Shown in pieces: positions 1 to 8,334 of a stretch of 13,323 bases of DNA. This DNA is from Nitrospira japonica (GTDB taxonomy: Bacteria; Nitrospirota; Thermodesulfovibrionia; Thermodesulfovibrionales; SM23-35), in assembly GCA_020725385.1 (NCBI GenBank), contig DYFC01000038.1:1-13323 (forward strand). Reading direction: 5' to 3'. Every line of letters begins with the position of its first letter. Within the stretch, counting starts at the first letter, position 1. The translations under genes were made by a program, and so were the position numbers. Under the pieces are notes generated by a model. That model saw only the letters and a program-made list of their open reading frames with translations, was not told the origin of the DNA and searched no databases.

Positions 1-74
1 AATTGGTAGACGCAAGGGACTTAAAATCCCTCGGGGTTCGCCCCGTGCCGGTTCGAGTCCGGCCTTCGGCACCA
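1..74 (+). tRNA. tRNA-Leu (anticodon TAA), 5'-truncated by the window edge
   Basis: D-loop remnant AATTGGTAGAC; anticodon stem AGGGA(15-19)/TCCCT(27-31) with loop CTTAAAA, anticodon TAA at 22-24; long variable arm CGGGG-TTCG-CCCCG typical of class II tRNAs; T-arm GCCGG-TTCGAGT-CCGGC; acceptor strand CTTCGGC, discriminator A and encoded CCA ending at 74. Confidence 0.97.
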
Positions 75-83
75 AAATTAAAA

Positions 84-914
84 TCAACTTGAATCCCCTT
101 TCAGTGTAATATATCCGGAAACAATTATTAAAACTCCCCCAAAAAGACTATTTAATCCCGGTATTTCATTTAAGAATATTAAACTGAAAATTATTGCGCA
201 TACAGGTTCAAGATAACCTAAAACAGCAGCTTTGTTAGCAGTGACATTTTGCAGTCCTTTGTAATATAAAATTGGCGCAATTGTAGAATGAACAATTCCC
301 ATAAAAATATAAATCCAGAGAGATGTTGCTGGAATTTCATGAATAAAAGGTAGCAGCATCAGCACAATAAAAAAATTTGTAAAAAATGCAAGAATTAATG
401 GATGGAAATCCCTGCCATATTTTCTTACATAAATCAAAATAAATGCATATGCTAATCCTGAAATAATTCCTGCAATTATTCCTGAAGACTGATTCAGGCT
501 TATTGATAATCCATCAAGCATTATCCAGAGACCTATTGTAGCAAGAACAATCACTACAACCAGTCTTTTCGTTACCATCTCCTTTAATACAAAAGGAGCT
601 AATAATGCCACAAAAATAGGGGCTGTATAATGTGTAAGAACCGCATTTGCGATAGTGGTATTTTTAAAAGCATAAAAAAAAGTGAATGTATTTATCAACG
701 AACCAATGCTGAAAAAGAAAGGATATTTTAATTTTTTAAGTGGTGGCAGATTATGTCTAAATTTTGGGTGGAATACTATAATGCTTTGTATTACAAGAGA
801 AATTATTAATGCGTAAAAAATTAAGACATGAATTTCAACCAATGAAATTCTTACAAAAACGCCGAGTGAACTCCATAAAAAAATTGCTATTAGTATATAA
901 AAGGAATGCTTCAT
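84..914 (-). CDS. DMT superfamily / EamA-like transporter (276 aa, ~10 TM helices)
   Basis: Two hydrophobic repeats with EamA signatures: 'AIFLWSS', 'A..NTTIANAVLTHYTAPIFVALLAPFVLKE' and 'A..AAVLGYLEPVCAIIFSLIFLNE.......GG.LII'. Substrate unknown. Confidence 0.92.
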   Translation of the reverse strand: MKHSFYILIAIFLWSSLGVFVRISLVEIHVLIFYALIISLVIQSIIVFHPKFRHNLPPLKKLKYPFFFSIGSLINTFTFFYAFKNTTIANAVLTHYTAPIFVALLAPFVLKEMVTKRLVVVIVLATIGLWIMLDGLSISLNQSSGIIAGIISGLAYAFILIYVRKYGRDFHPLILAFFTNFFIVLMLLPFIHEIPATSLWIYIFMGIVHSTIAPILYYKGLQNVTANKAAVLGYLEPVCAIIFSLIFLNEIPGLNSLFGGVLIIVSGYITLKGDSS

Positions 915-920
915 TCAGAT

Positions 921-929
921 AATATAGCA
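921..929 (-). promoter_or_regulatory. Putative extended -10 promoter (TGcTATATT) 6 nt upstream of the EamA ATG
   Basis: Minus strand reads ttTGCTATATTatctgaATG; no Shine-Dalgarno visible. Confidence 0.45.
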
Positions 930-955
930 AAATTTAAGAAAAAATCATTTTAGGA

Positions 956-1135
956 TCAACTGCCTTTGCCGAGTTTCTTGAGCCATGAGATCACTAAAAT
1001 AGTTGCAACTACAATTACAATTCCCTTCCATAAGAATCCGATCGCGCTGAAGCCTATTCGGGTAATAGTTTTACCGAATATGAGAAGAAGAATTATTGCA
1101 CCAATAATTATTGCTATTTTCTGGTATTTATTCAT
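956..1135 (-). CDS. Small hypothetical membrane protein, 59 aa (not in ORF track)
   Basis: Manual translation: MNKYQKIAIIIGAIILLLIFGKTITRIGFSAIGFLWKGIVIVVATILVISWLKKLGKGS*. ATG at 1135, TGA at 956-958. Two hydrophobic segments with Lys-rich ends; co-oriented with thiL (15 nt after its stop) and fills the thiL-EamA gap. Confidence 0.7.
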   Translation of the reverse strand: MNKYQKIAIIIGAIILLLIFGKTITRIGFSAIGFLWKGIVIVVATILVISWLKKLGKGS

Positions 1136-1150
1136 TTATAATTATTTTCT

Positions 1151-2098
1151 TTAGAAATGTTGATAACCAAAGGGTTTAATTTCTTTTTTTGTGCCCTGTT
1201 TATTAATAATCACTCTTTCAGTTTTTACTATATCACCAATATATATTGCCTGTATTTTCTTATCAGGTGGTGCTGTAAATAAAAGTTCGTAATCTTCTCC
1301 TCCGGTCATTGCCAATTCTATAGGTGATAATCCAAGTGAAAGTGCTACTCTTTTCATTTGCAATGATATTGGAATTTTATCTTCGTAAATCTTTGCACCT
1401 ACCCTGCTTTCATCACACAAACGTGTTAAATCAATCAAAAGGCCATCGCTTATATCCATCATTGATGTTGCAATTTCCTTTATTTTATCCGGATTCTTTA
1501 CAATTGGCATTAAATGCCTCTTCAATAAATTATTTGATGGTTTAACACAGACTCCTTTTTTCTTTAAAATCTCAAGACCGCATGCTGATTCACCAAGATA
1601 ACCTGTTACATAGATTTTATCTCCCTCTCTTGCACCGGAGCGTAAGATAGGTTTTTTGGTGCTCCCAACAACTGTCGCTGCCAATGATATATCCTTTTTA
1701 ACAGCTGATATGTCTCCTCCTATAAGAACCGTTTTATAATATGAGAGAGCATGTTTTATCCCTTTAAAAAGCATATTAAAAAAAGAAGTTTCTGAATTTT
1801 TTCTTAAAGCGATATTCAAAAGAGCATATTGAGGAGTGCCACCCATTGCATAGATATCACTCACATTGACAGAAATTAATTTGAATCCAAGTTGGTATGG
1901 TGTTATATAGTGAAGGTCAAAATGTACTCCTTCCAACATCATGTCAGTGGTAAGAAGCAAATAGTCTTCTTCACACTTTATAACTGCTGCATCATCACCA
2001 ATTCCAGCAATTAGAGATTTCAGATTATATTTAAAATTTTTCTGTAAATGCGTTATTAGATATAGCTCGCCAACATGGTGAAGGGTTTTTTTGGACAT
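1151..2098 (-). CDS. thiL: Thiamine-monophosphate kinase
   Basis: PurM/ThiL motifs GIGDDAAV, TTDMMLEGVHF, VNVSDIYAMGG, IGGD, DISDGL, GGEDYELLF and C-terminal GYQHF. Confidence 0.96.
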   Translation of the reverse strand: MSKKTLHHVGELYLITHLQKNFKYNLKSLIAGIGDDAAVIKCEEDYLLLTTDMMLEGVHFDLHYITPYQLGFKLISVNVSDIYAMGGTPQYALLNIALRKNSETSFFNMLFKGIKHALSYYKTVLIGGDISAVKKDISLAATVVGSTKKPILRSGAREGDKIYVTGYLGESACGLEILKKKGVCVKPSNNLLKRHLMPIVKNPDKIKEIATSMMDISDGLLIDLTRLCDESRVGAKIYEDKIPISLQMKRVALSLGLSPIELAMTGGEDYELLFTAPPDKKIQAIYIGDIVKTERVIINKQGTKKEIKPFGYQHF

Positions 2099-2111
2099 TA
2101 GTTTTTTAAAA

Positions 2112-4538
2112 TTATCTTTTTTTATTTTTAACTTTCTTTACAGTGTTACTTCTGCCAGATTTCTGAGCTTTTTTATTGTTTGTATTTTTAAGGGCTACTT
2201 TAAGAACATCATCCATAGTTTCAGCAAATATAAATTCCATATCTTTCTTTATATATTTTGGAATATCCTCAAGATCTTTCTTATTCCTCCGGGGAATTAT
2301 AACTTTTTTGATTCCCATTCTCTTTGCAGCAAGGGTCTTTTCTTTTAACCCTCCTATTGGAAGCACTCTACCCCTTAGTGTAACTTCTCCTGTCATTGCT
2401 ACATTCTTGCTGACAGGTCTTCCTGTAAGTGCAGATGCTATAGCAGTTGCCATTGTAATTCCAGCAGAAGGTCCATCTTTTGGTATAGCGCCTGCCGGCA
2501 CATGTATATGCAAATCGGTTTTAGAAAATATATCTTCACTGATTCCCAACTTTTTAGCTCTTGAACGTATATAACTTAAAGCAGCCTGCGCCGATTCTTT
2601 CATTACATCTCCAAGCTGTCCGGTAAGAGTCAGATGCCCTTTACCCTTCATTGTAGTTGCTTCAACATAAATTATATCCCCGCCTGTTTCTGTCCATGCA
2701 AGACCTGTTGAAACACCTACTTCATCTTTTTCAATTTCCTCCTCGGGAAGGTATTTAGGAACCCCGAGATATTTATTCAAGTTTTTTGCATTTATTACAA
2801 AAACTTTTTCTTTACCCTCAGCTATTTTTTTCGCAACTTTTCTGCAGAGATTCGCAATTTCTCTTTCAAGGTTTCTTACACCTGCTTCACGTGTATATTG
2901 AGATATAAGATTAAATAAACCTGAATCTGTAATTTTTAAAACCTTATTGCTTATACCATGTTCTTCAAGTTGTTTGGGTATAAGATAATTCTTAGCAATC
3001 CCGAGCTTCTCTTCGGTTGTATAACCTGAAAGATAAATAATCTCCATCCTGTCTCTTAAAGGCCCGGGTATTGTATCAACAAGATTGCCAGTTGTAATAA
3101 ACATGACTTTTGATAAATCAAATGGTACCGCAAGATAGTGATCTGCAAAAGAATTATTTTGCTCCGGATCAAGCACCTCAAGCAAAGCTGATGAAGGATC
3201 TCCTCTAAAATCAGTGCCAATCTTATCGATTTCATCAAGCATAAACACAGGATTATTTGTTCCTGCGGTTTTTATTCCCTGAATAATTCTACCGGGCAAG
3301 GCACCAACATAAGTTCTTCTATGTCCTCTTATTTCTGCTTCATCTCTAACTCCTCCAAGAGACATTCGGACAAATTCTCTACCCAATGCTCTTGCAATAG
3401 ATTTTCCAAGAGATGTTTTTCCAACACCCGGAGGACCTATAAAACATAAAATTGGTCCTTTCATTTTCTCCTTCAATTTTCTTACACTCAAATACTCGAG
3501 TATTCTTTCTTTGACCTTTTCCAGATCATAATGGTCTTCGTTCAGAACTTTTTCAGCAGCTTTAATATCAAGATTATCAGTTGTAGATTTAGACCACGGT
3601 ATCTCGACAAGCCAGTCAAGATAGGTTCTAACAGTTGCAGCTTCTGCACTGTCAGGGTGCATTTTCTCAAGTCGTTTCAATTGTTTTTCAGCTTCCTTCA
3701 TAACCTTTTCAGGCATTTTTGCATCTTCGATCTTTTTTCTGAATTCTTTTATTTCTTCAGCGCGTTCATCAATATCTCCAAGCTCTTTCTGTATTGCCTT
3801 AAGCTGCTCTCTTAAGAAATATTCCCTCTGGGTCTTATCTATCTCGCCACGAGCTTCGGACTGTATCTTTTGCTGAACTGTGAGAAGTTCTATCTCTCTT
3901 GCCAGTATTTCACTAACTCTTTTTAAACGTTGAACAGGATCGATTATTTCGAGTATTTCCTGAGACTGTTCTGTTTTTAATCCAATGTTCGAAGCAACAA
4001 GATCAGAAAGCCTGCCCGGCTCTTCTATATTTTCAACAACTCCCATAATATCGGGTAGAATAGATTTTCCGAGTGAAACAACTTTTTCAAGCTGGCTTTT
4101 TACATTTCTGACCAGAGCTTCATCTTCTATACTTAAAGGTTCTGTTTTCTGGTCGGATAGCTTTTCAATTACAGCTTTAAAAAAAGGCTCTGTCTGTTCA
4201 TATTTTAAAGCTCTGGCTTTTGAAAGCCCCTGAACAAGTATCTTAACCCTTCCATCAGGAAGTTTTAGCATTCTCATAACCAAAGCTACAGTGCCTATCG
4301 AAAACAAATCATCCGGCGTTGGATTCTCAACATTAAGATCCTTTTGTGTGACAAGAAACACCATCCTGTTTGTGCTTAAAGAATGTTCTATAGCTTTTAT
4401 TGACATTTCTCTGCCAACAAAAAGAGGTAAAATCATGTAAGGAAAAACAACAATATCCCTTACGGGTAAGACAGGCAAAGAATCAGGTATTTCAACTTCT
4501 TTGTCAATCTTTTGTTCAATATCAAGCACGTCAACCAT
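2112..4538 (-). CDS. lon: ATP-dependent protease La (LonA), 808 aa
   Basis: N-domain [13 protein letters not shown]; Walker [10 protein letters not shown]; [13 protein letters not shown]; Walker B FMLDEIDK; catalytic PKDGPSAG and IGGLKEK. SD AGGAGA overlaps the galU stop codon. Confidence 0.98.
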   Translation of the reverse strand: MVDVLDIEQKIDKEVEIPDSLPVLPVRDIVVFPYMILPLFVGREMSIKAIEHSLSTNRMVFLVTQKDLNVENPTPDDLFSIGTVALVMRMLKLPDGRVKILVQGLSKARALKYEQTEPFFKAVIEKLSDQKTEPLSIEDEALVRNVKSQLEKVVSLGKSILPDIMGVVENIEEPGRLSDLVASNIGLKTEQSQEILEIIDPVQRLKRVSEILAREIELLTVQQKIQSEARGEIDKTQREYFLREQLKAIQKELGDIDERAEEIKEFRKKIEDAKMPEKVMKEAEKQLKRLEKMHPDSAEAATVRTYLDWLVEIPWSKSTTDNLDIKAAEKVLNEDHYDLEKVKERILEYLSVRKLKEKMKGPILCFIGPPGVGKTSLGKSIARALGREFVRMSLGGVRDEAEIRGHRRTYVGALPGRIIQGIKTAGTNNPVFMLDEIDKIGTDFRGDPSSALLEVLDPEQNNSFADHYLAVPFDLSKVMFITTGNLVDTIPGPLRDRMEIIYLSGYTTEEKLGIAKNYLIPKQLEEHGISNKVLKITDSGLFNLISQYTREAGVRNLEREIANLCRKVAKKIAEGKEKVFVINAKNLNKYLGVPKYLPEEEIEKDEVGVSTGLAWTETGGDIIYVEATTMKGKGHLTLTGQLGDVMKESAQAALSYIRSRAKKLGISEDIFSKTDLHIHVPAGAIPKDGPSAGITMATAIASALTGRPVSKNVAMTGEVTLRGRVLPIGGLKEKTLAAKRMGIKKVIIPRRNKKDLEDIPKYIKKDMEFIFAETMDDVLKVALKNTNNKKAQKSGRSNTVKKVKNKKR

Positions 4539-4546
4539 TTTCTCTC

Positions 4547-5431
4547 CTATTGTTTGGTCTTTATTTTTTCAACTGTTTTTACCAAATATTCCTTGAAAGC
4601 TACCGAAAGTTCCGTGTTTTTCAATGCAAGATCAACTGTTGCTTTCAGATACCCGAGTTTATCTCCTGCATCGTATCTTTTTCCTGTAAAAAGATACCCG
4701 TAAATTTGCCTCTTCTTTAGCAAACCAGAAAGTGCATCAGTAAGCTGTATCTCTCCACCTTTTCCGGGTCGAACATCTTCAAGCGCTCCAAAAAGATCGG
4801 GTGTAAGAATATATCTACCGATTATCGCTAAATCAGATGGAGCTTCGGCAGCCGAAGGTTTCTCTATTAAATTGTTTACTCTATAAATCTTATCCTTTTC
4901 TTTTGTTCCATCTATAATTCCATATTTATTAACTTCAGAAATTGGAACTTTCTGTAAAGCAAGTACAGGTGATTCAAATTCCTTATATAAGTTTATCATA
5001 TCTCTGAGCAAGTGTGCGTCGGTATCAATAATATCGTCGCTTAACAGTACAGCAAACGGCTCATCTTTTACAAAAGGTTTTGCACATAAAATTGCATGTC
5101 CGAGCCCGAGTGCCTCTCTTTGTCTTATATAAGCAAAATTAAGTTGATTTAATCTATTTATTTCTTCAAGCAGTTTTTTCTTTCCTGATTTTTTAAGACT
5201 TTCTTCGAGTTTAAACGCAGAATCAAAATGGTCTTCAATCGCCCGCTTATGTTTACCGGTAATTATAATGAAATCTTCAATACCACATGCCTGGGCTTCT
5301 TCAACTGCGTACTGTATCATCGGTTTATCAACAATAGGCAGCATCTCCTTTGGAGAAGCTTTCGTTGCAGGTAAAAATCTTGTTCCAAGTCCACCCGCAG
5401 GCAATATTGCTTTCTTAATCATTCTATTCAT
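4547..5431 (-). CDS. galU: UTP--glucose-1-phosphate uridylyltransferase
   Basis: [60 protein letters not shown]. The start could be ATG 5431 or ATG 5422. Confidence 0.96.
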   Translation of the reverse strand: MNRMIKKAILPAGGLGTRFLPATKASPKEMLPIVDKPMIQYAVEEAQACGIEDFIIITGKHKRAIEDHFDSAFKLEESLKKSGKKKLLEEINRLNQLNFAYIRQREALGLGHAILCAKPFVKDEPFAVLLSDDIIDTDAHLLRDMINLYKEFESPVLALQKVPISEVNKYGIIDGTKEKDKIYRVNNLIEKPSAAEAPSDLAIIGRYILTPDLFGALEDVRPGKGGEIQLTDALSGLLKKRQIYGYLFTGKRYDAGDKLGYLKATVDLALKNTELSVAFKEYLVKTVEKIKTKQ

Positions 5432-5443
5432 ATCGTATGATTA

Positions 5444-5472
5444 ATAATACATGATGCTTTTTCAGATTTCAA
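5444..5472 (-). promoter_or_regulatory. Putative sigma70 promoter for galU-lon-thiL (TTGAAA-17-TATTAT)
   Basis: Minus strand: -35 TTGAAA (5472-5467), 17-nt spacer, -10 TATTAT (5449-5444), ending 12 nt before ATG 5431. Confidence 0.5.
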
Positions 5473-5531
5473 GAAACTTAAGCAAAATAATATAAATTCT
5501 GCTTAAAAATATTTTAACATGGGAATTTTTA

Positions 5532-5561
5532 TTGCCAGTTTAATAGCTTTTGATATATAAA
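5532..5561 (+). promoter_or_regulatory. Putative sigma70 promoter for the ferritin-like gene
   Basis: TTGCCA at 5532-5537 followed by TGaTATATAAA (5551-5561). A second TATAAT lies at 5627-5632. The region is very AT-rich, so the call is weak. Confidence 0.35.
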
Positions 5562-5590
5562 TATATATAACAAAATTTTTTAAAAAAACA

Positions 5591-5608
5591 ATTGAAAACA
5601 TTATCAAT
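5591..5608. promoter_or_regulatory. Imperfect 18-bp palindrome ATTGAAAACATTATCAAT, possible operator
   Basis: 14 of 18 positions are self-complementary; 48 nt upstream of the ferritin-like ATG; resembles Fur-family half sites (TGAAAA / ATTATCA). Confidence 0.35.
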
Positions 5609-5656
5609 GATTCAAATAATTTTTAATATAATTCCGTATTTATTTGAGGTTTAAAA

Positions 5657-6121
5657 ATGCACATACTTAACATCTTGGATGAAATTGCAAAACTTGAATT
5701 AAAATTAATGGATTTATATACTTTTTTCAGTAATCTTTTTAAAGATGATAAAGATGTTTCCTCGTCTTTTTTTAAATTGGGGCTTGATGAAAAGGGACAT
5801 GCAGAACTTGCTAAATATCAAAAAAGGGTTGTCAGAAAAAATCCAAACGATTTTTTAGATGTCTCAATTGATATTAATGAAATTCGCGAAATAATTTCAA
5901 AAGCTGAAAGTATTATGAAATCCCCGGGTCCACCAACAATAGAAGAAGCTATTAAATTATCTTTACTTTTTGAAAAAAGCGCCGCTGAATACCATTATAA
6001 AAGCGCAATGGAGCAATCAAATCCTGAATTTGCAAATTTTCTTAATAATCTTGCTGTAGTTGATAATGACCATTTTGAGACAATTAAAAACCTTGCTGAA
6101 CGTAAAAACATCAAAGTATAA
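5657..6121 (+). CDS. Ferritin-like / rubrerythrin di-iron domain protein (no rubredoxin domain), 154 aa
   Basis: Four-helix pattern E14..Y21..E45xxH48 / E106..Y114..D136xxH139; no CxxC motifs; SD GAGGT upstream. Confidence 0.8.
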   Translation: MHILNILDEIAKLELKLMDLYTFFSNLFKDDKDVSSSFFKLGLDEKGHAELAKYQKRVVRKNPNDFLDVSIDINEIREIISKAESIMKSPGPPTIEEAIKLSLLFEKSAAEYHYKSAMEQSNPEFANFLNNLAVVDNDHFETIKNLAERKNIKV

Positions 6122-6159
6122 CTAATTTATATCACTCTATTTAGAGCCATAAAATATTC

Positions 6160-6189
6160 TTGACTATAAAATTACAAAAAACGCATAAT
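6160..6189 (+). promoter_or_regulatory. Putative sigma70 promoter for the three-gene hydrolase cluster (TTGACT-18-CATAAT)
   Basis: TTGACT at 6160-6165 and CATAAT at 6184-6189, 48 nt upstream of the TTG start. Confidence 0.45.
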
Positions 6190-6237
6190 TTAAATAGAGT
6201 TTTGTAAATTTATTAAATATAACAACATTTTTAATAA

Positions 6238-7032
6238 TTGAAATTGATTAATAGATTTTTTCTACTCTTTCTGATAGTTTTCTTGATAAATACTGCTCAT
6301 GCAGAGTATAAAACTTATCCTAACGGGTCTAACACATCTGCATTTAGTGTTCCTATTCTTTTGTATCATCGTTTCGGTCCAACCGTTGCTGACAGTATGA
6401 CTATTACAACAGATACTTTTGAATCACATTTAAAGTACCTAAAAAGTAATGGCTATAGAATTATTCCTTTAAGACAGCTTGTTGATTTCTATATTAAAAA
6501 AAGCAAAGCTCCCGGCCCCCGTTCAGTTGTAATTGTAGTGGATGATGCACATAAAACTGTATTTTCGTATATGTTACCTATTGTGAAAAAATATAATATT
6601 CCTGTTACCTTATTCGTTTATCCCTCTGCAATATCCAATGCATCATACGCAATGACATGGGAACAGTTGCGTGAACTCAAAAAGACAGGGTTATTTGATA
6701 TTCAATCACATACTTACTGGCATCCAAATTTTAATAGAGAAAAAAAGAGATTATCACCTGTAGAATATAATAAATTTGAAGATATGCAGATGAAAAAATC
6801 AAAAGATAGACTTGAAAAAGAACTTGGTATTTATGTAGATATGCTTGCATGGCCATTCGGGATATATAATAGTGAACTCGAGGCAAAAGCAAAACAGCAT
6901 GGCTATATAGCAGCTTTTAGTATCGAAAGAAGACATGCAAAACCTTCTGATAATCCAATGTCATTGCCCCGTTATCTTCTGAATAATTCAATAAAAGGAA
7001 AAAGCTTTGAAAGGTTAATAAACAATGAATAA
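6238..7032 (+). CDS. Exported polysaccharide deacetylase (CE4/NodB; IcaB/PgaB-like subgroup), 264 aa
   Basis: Signal peptide ending AHA; PILLYH, VVDDAH (motif 1), QSHTYWH (metal-binding motif 2), AWPFG (motif 3), LPR. TTG start. Confidence 0.9.
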   Translation: MKLINRFFLLFLIVFLINTAHAEYKTYPNGSNTSAFSVPILLYHRFGPTVADSMTITTDTFESHLKYLKSNGYRIIPLRQLVDFYIKKSKAPGPRSVVIVVDDAHKTVFSYMLPIVKKYNIPVTLFVYPSAISNASYAMTWEQLRELKKTGLFDIQSHTYWHPNFNREKKRLSPVEYNKFEDMQMKKSKDRLEKELGIYVDMLAWPFGIYNSELEAKAKQHGYIAAFSIERRHAKPSDNPMSLPRYLLNNSIKGKSFERLINNE

Positions 7033-8326
7033 AAAGTATATTCTTTTAATTACTTTTATTTTGATTTCTATTGCTGCATCTCTATTTATATTAAACAAAG
7101 CTTCTGCATCAGGAATTATAACAGGAAGGGTTGTTGATAGTCTTACTTTAAAGCCTGTCGCAGGCGCAATTGTTGTTGTTAATGATATAGTAACAGAAAC
7201 CGATAAAGATGGAATGTTTAAGATTAAAACTTCAGGTCAGAAGGTTTGCGTAAGAGCACATGGTTACTTAAAAACAGAAGAAACTATTATCACTAAACCT
7301 TTGCTTTTTTCACCTTTTGTTTCAAATTCAATGATAATAAAACTCACACCATTCAAGCCAAAGGCCCTGTATCTCTCGTTTTATGGTATTGGTTCACAGG
7401 TCTTAAGAAGTTCTGCTATAAAACTTATTGAAGAAACTGAATTAAATTCACTTGTTATCGATATAAAAGGTGATAGAGGGATGATACCGTATCCAAGTTC
7501 TATCCCGCTGGCTTCAGAAATAGGAGCCCAGAAAATAATAACAGTAAAAGACATGAAAGGACTTTTAAAATCTCTAAAAGAAAAAGGGATTTATACAATA
7601 GCAAGAATTGTAGTTTTTAAAGACAATCTTCTTGCACAGGCAAAACCAGAGCTCGCTATTAAAGCCAAAGACGGAACAATATGGAAAGATAGAGAGAATC
7701 TTTCATGGGTTGATGCATCAAAAAAAGAAGTATGGGACTACAATATAAGTATTGCTGAAGAAGCTGCAAAACTCGGGTTTGATGAAATTCAATTTGATTA
7801 CGTCAGATTTCCTGATTCAAAAGGAATCGTATTTTCAATTGAAAATACCGAAGAAAACAGGGTAAAAGCAATTTCAGGATTTCTTGCCGAAGCAAAAAAA
7901 AGGCTTATACCATATAATGTTTTTGTTGCAGCAGATATATTCGGTTATGTCTCATGGAATATGAATGATACCCAGATAGGCCAGAAACTTGAAAACCTAA
8001 CCCATATTCTTGATTATTTCTCTCCTATGCTCTATCCTTCTGGATTTCAATTCGGGATTCCAGGCTATAGAATACCTGTTGCGCATCCACACGAAATAGT
8101 ATATTTATCCCTTAAACGAAGTCAGGAAAGAACAAAACTTGAACCTATTCGTTTCAGGCCATGGATACAGGCATTCAGAGATTATGCATTTGACAGAAGA
8201 CATTTCACCGGCAAAGAAATAAGAGAGCAAATTGATGCTGCTGAAAAATTTGGCTCCCATGGTTGGATGTTATGGAATCCAAGAAACCAATATACATCCG
8301 AAGGACTTAAGAAAATCAATTCATGA
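7025..8326 (+). CDS. Exported putative glycoside hydrolase (DUF4015-type TIM barrel) with an N-terminal carboxypeptidase-regulatory-like beta domain, 433 aa
   Basis: Signal peptide ending ASA; 'ITGRVVDS.T.KPVAGA.V...TETDKDGMF' beta-sandwich signature; then KALY, LNSLVIDIKGDRG, IYTIARIVVFKD, GFDEIQFDYVRFP, ADIFG, IGQ, SPMLYPS, RPWIQAF, GWMLWN. Overlaps the upstream stop by 8 nt. Confidence 0.82.
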   Translation: MNKKYILLITFILISIAASLFILNKASASGIITGRVVDSLTLKPVAGAIVVVNDIVTETDKDGMFKIKTSGQKVCVRAHGYLKTEETIITKPLLFSPFVSNSMIIKLTPFKPKALYLSFYGIGSQVLRSSAIKLIEETELNSLVIDIKGDRGMIPYPSSIPLASEIGAQKIITVKDMKGLLKSLKEKGIYTIARIVVFKDNLLAQAKPELAIKAKDGTIWKDRENLSWVDASKKEVWDYNISIAEEAAKLGFDEIQFDYVRFPDSKGIVFSIENTEENRVKAISGFLAEAKKRLIPYNVFVAADIFGYVSWNMNDTQIGQKLENLTHILDYFSPMLYPSGFQFGIPGYRIPVAHPHEIVYLSLKRSQERTKLEPIRFRPWIQAFRDYAFDRRHFTGKEIREQIDAAEKFGSHGWMLWNPRNQYTSEGLKKINS

Positions 8327-8334
8327 TTAACTAA

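Noticed and set aside
966-1154. 62-aa plus-strand ORF
   Set aside because: Antisense shadow of the 59-aa membrane ORF (956-1135 -), which fits the operon orientation better.
2099-2111. TPP riboswitch upstream of thiL
   Set aside because: The intergenic space is only 13 nt.
1324-4720. Short ORFs 1324-1545, 2091-2348, 2176-2574, 3056-3238, 3531-3815, 3985-4233, 4400-4720, 4512-4703
   Set aside because: All lie on or against thiL, lon or galU and show no recognisable motifs.
4843-4857. CTTCGGC-A-GCCGAAG dyad in galU sharing 8 nt with the tRNA-Leu 3' end (possible att site)
   Set aside because: Too short, inside an intact housekeeping gene, no integrase nearby, and the intervening genes are core genes.
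6172-6207. TTACAAAA/TTTTGTAA inverted repeat around the putative -10
   Set aside because: Only 8 bp in very AT-rich DNA; expected by chance.
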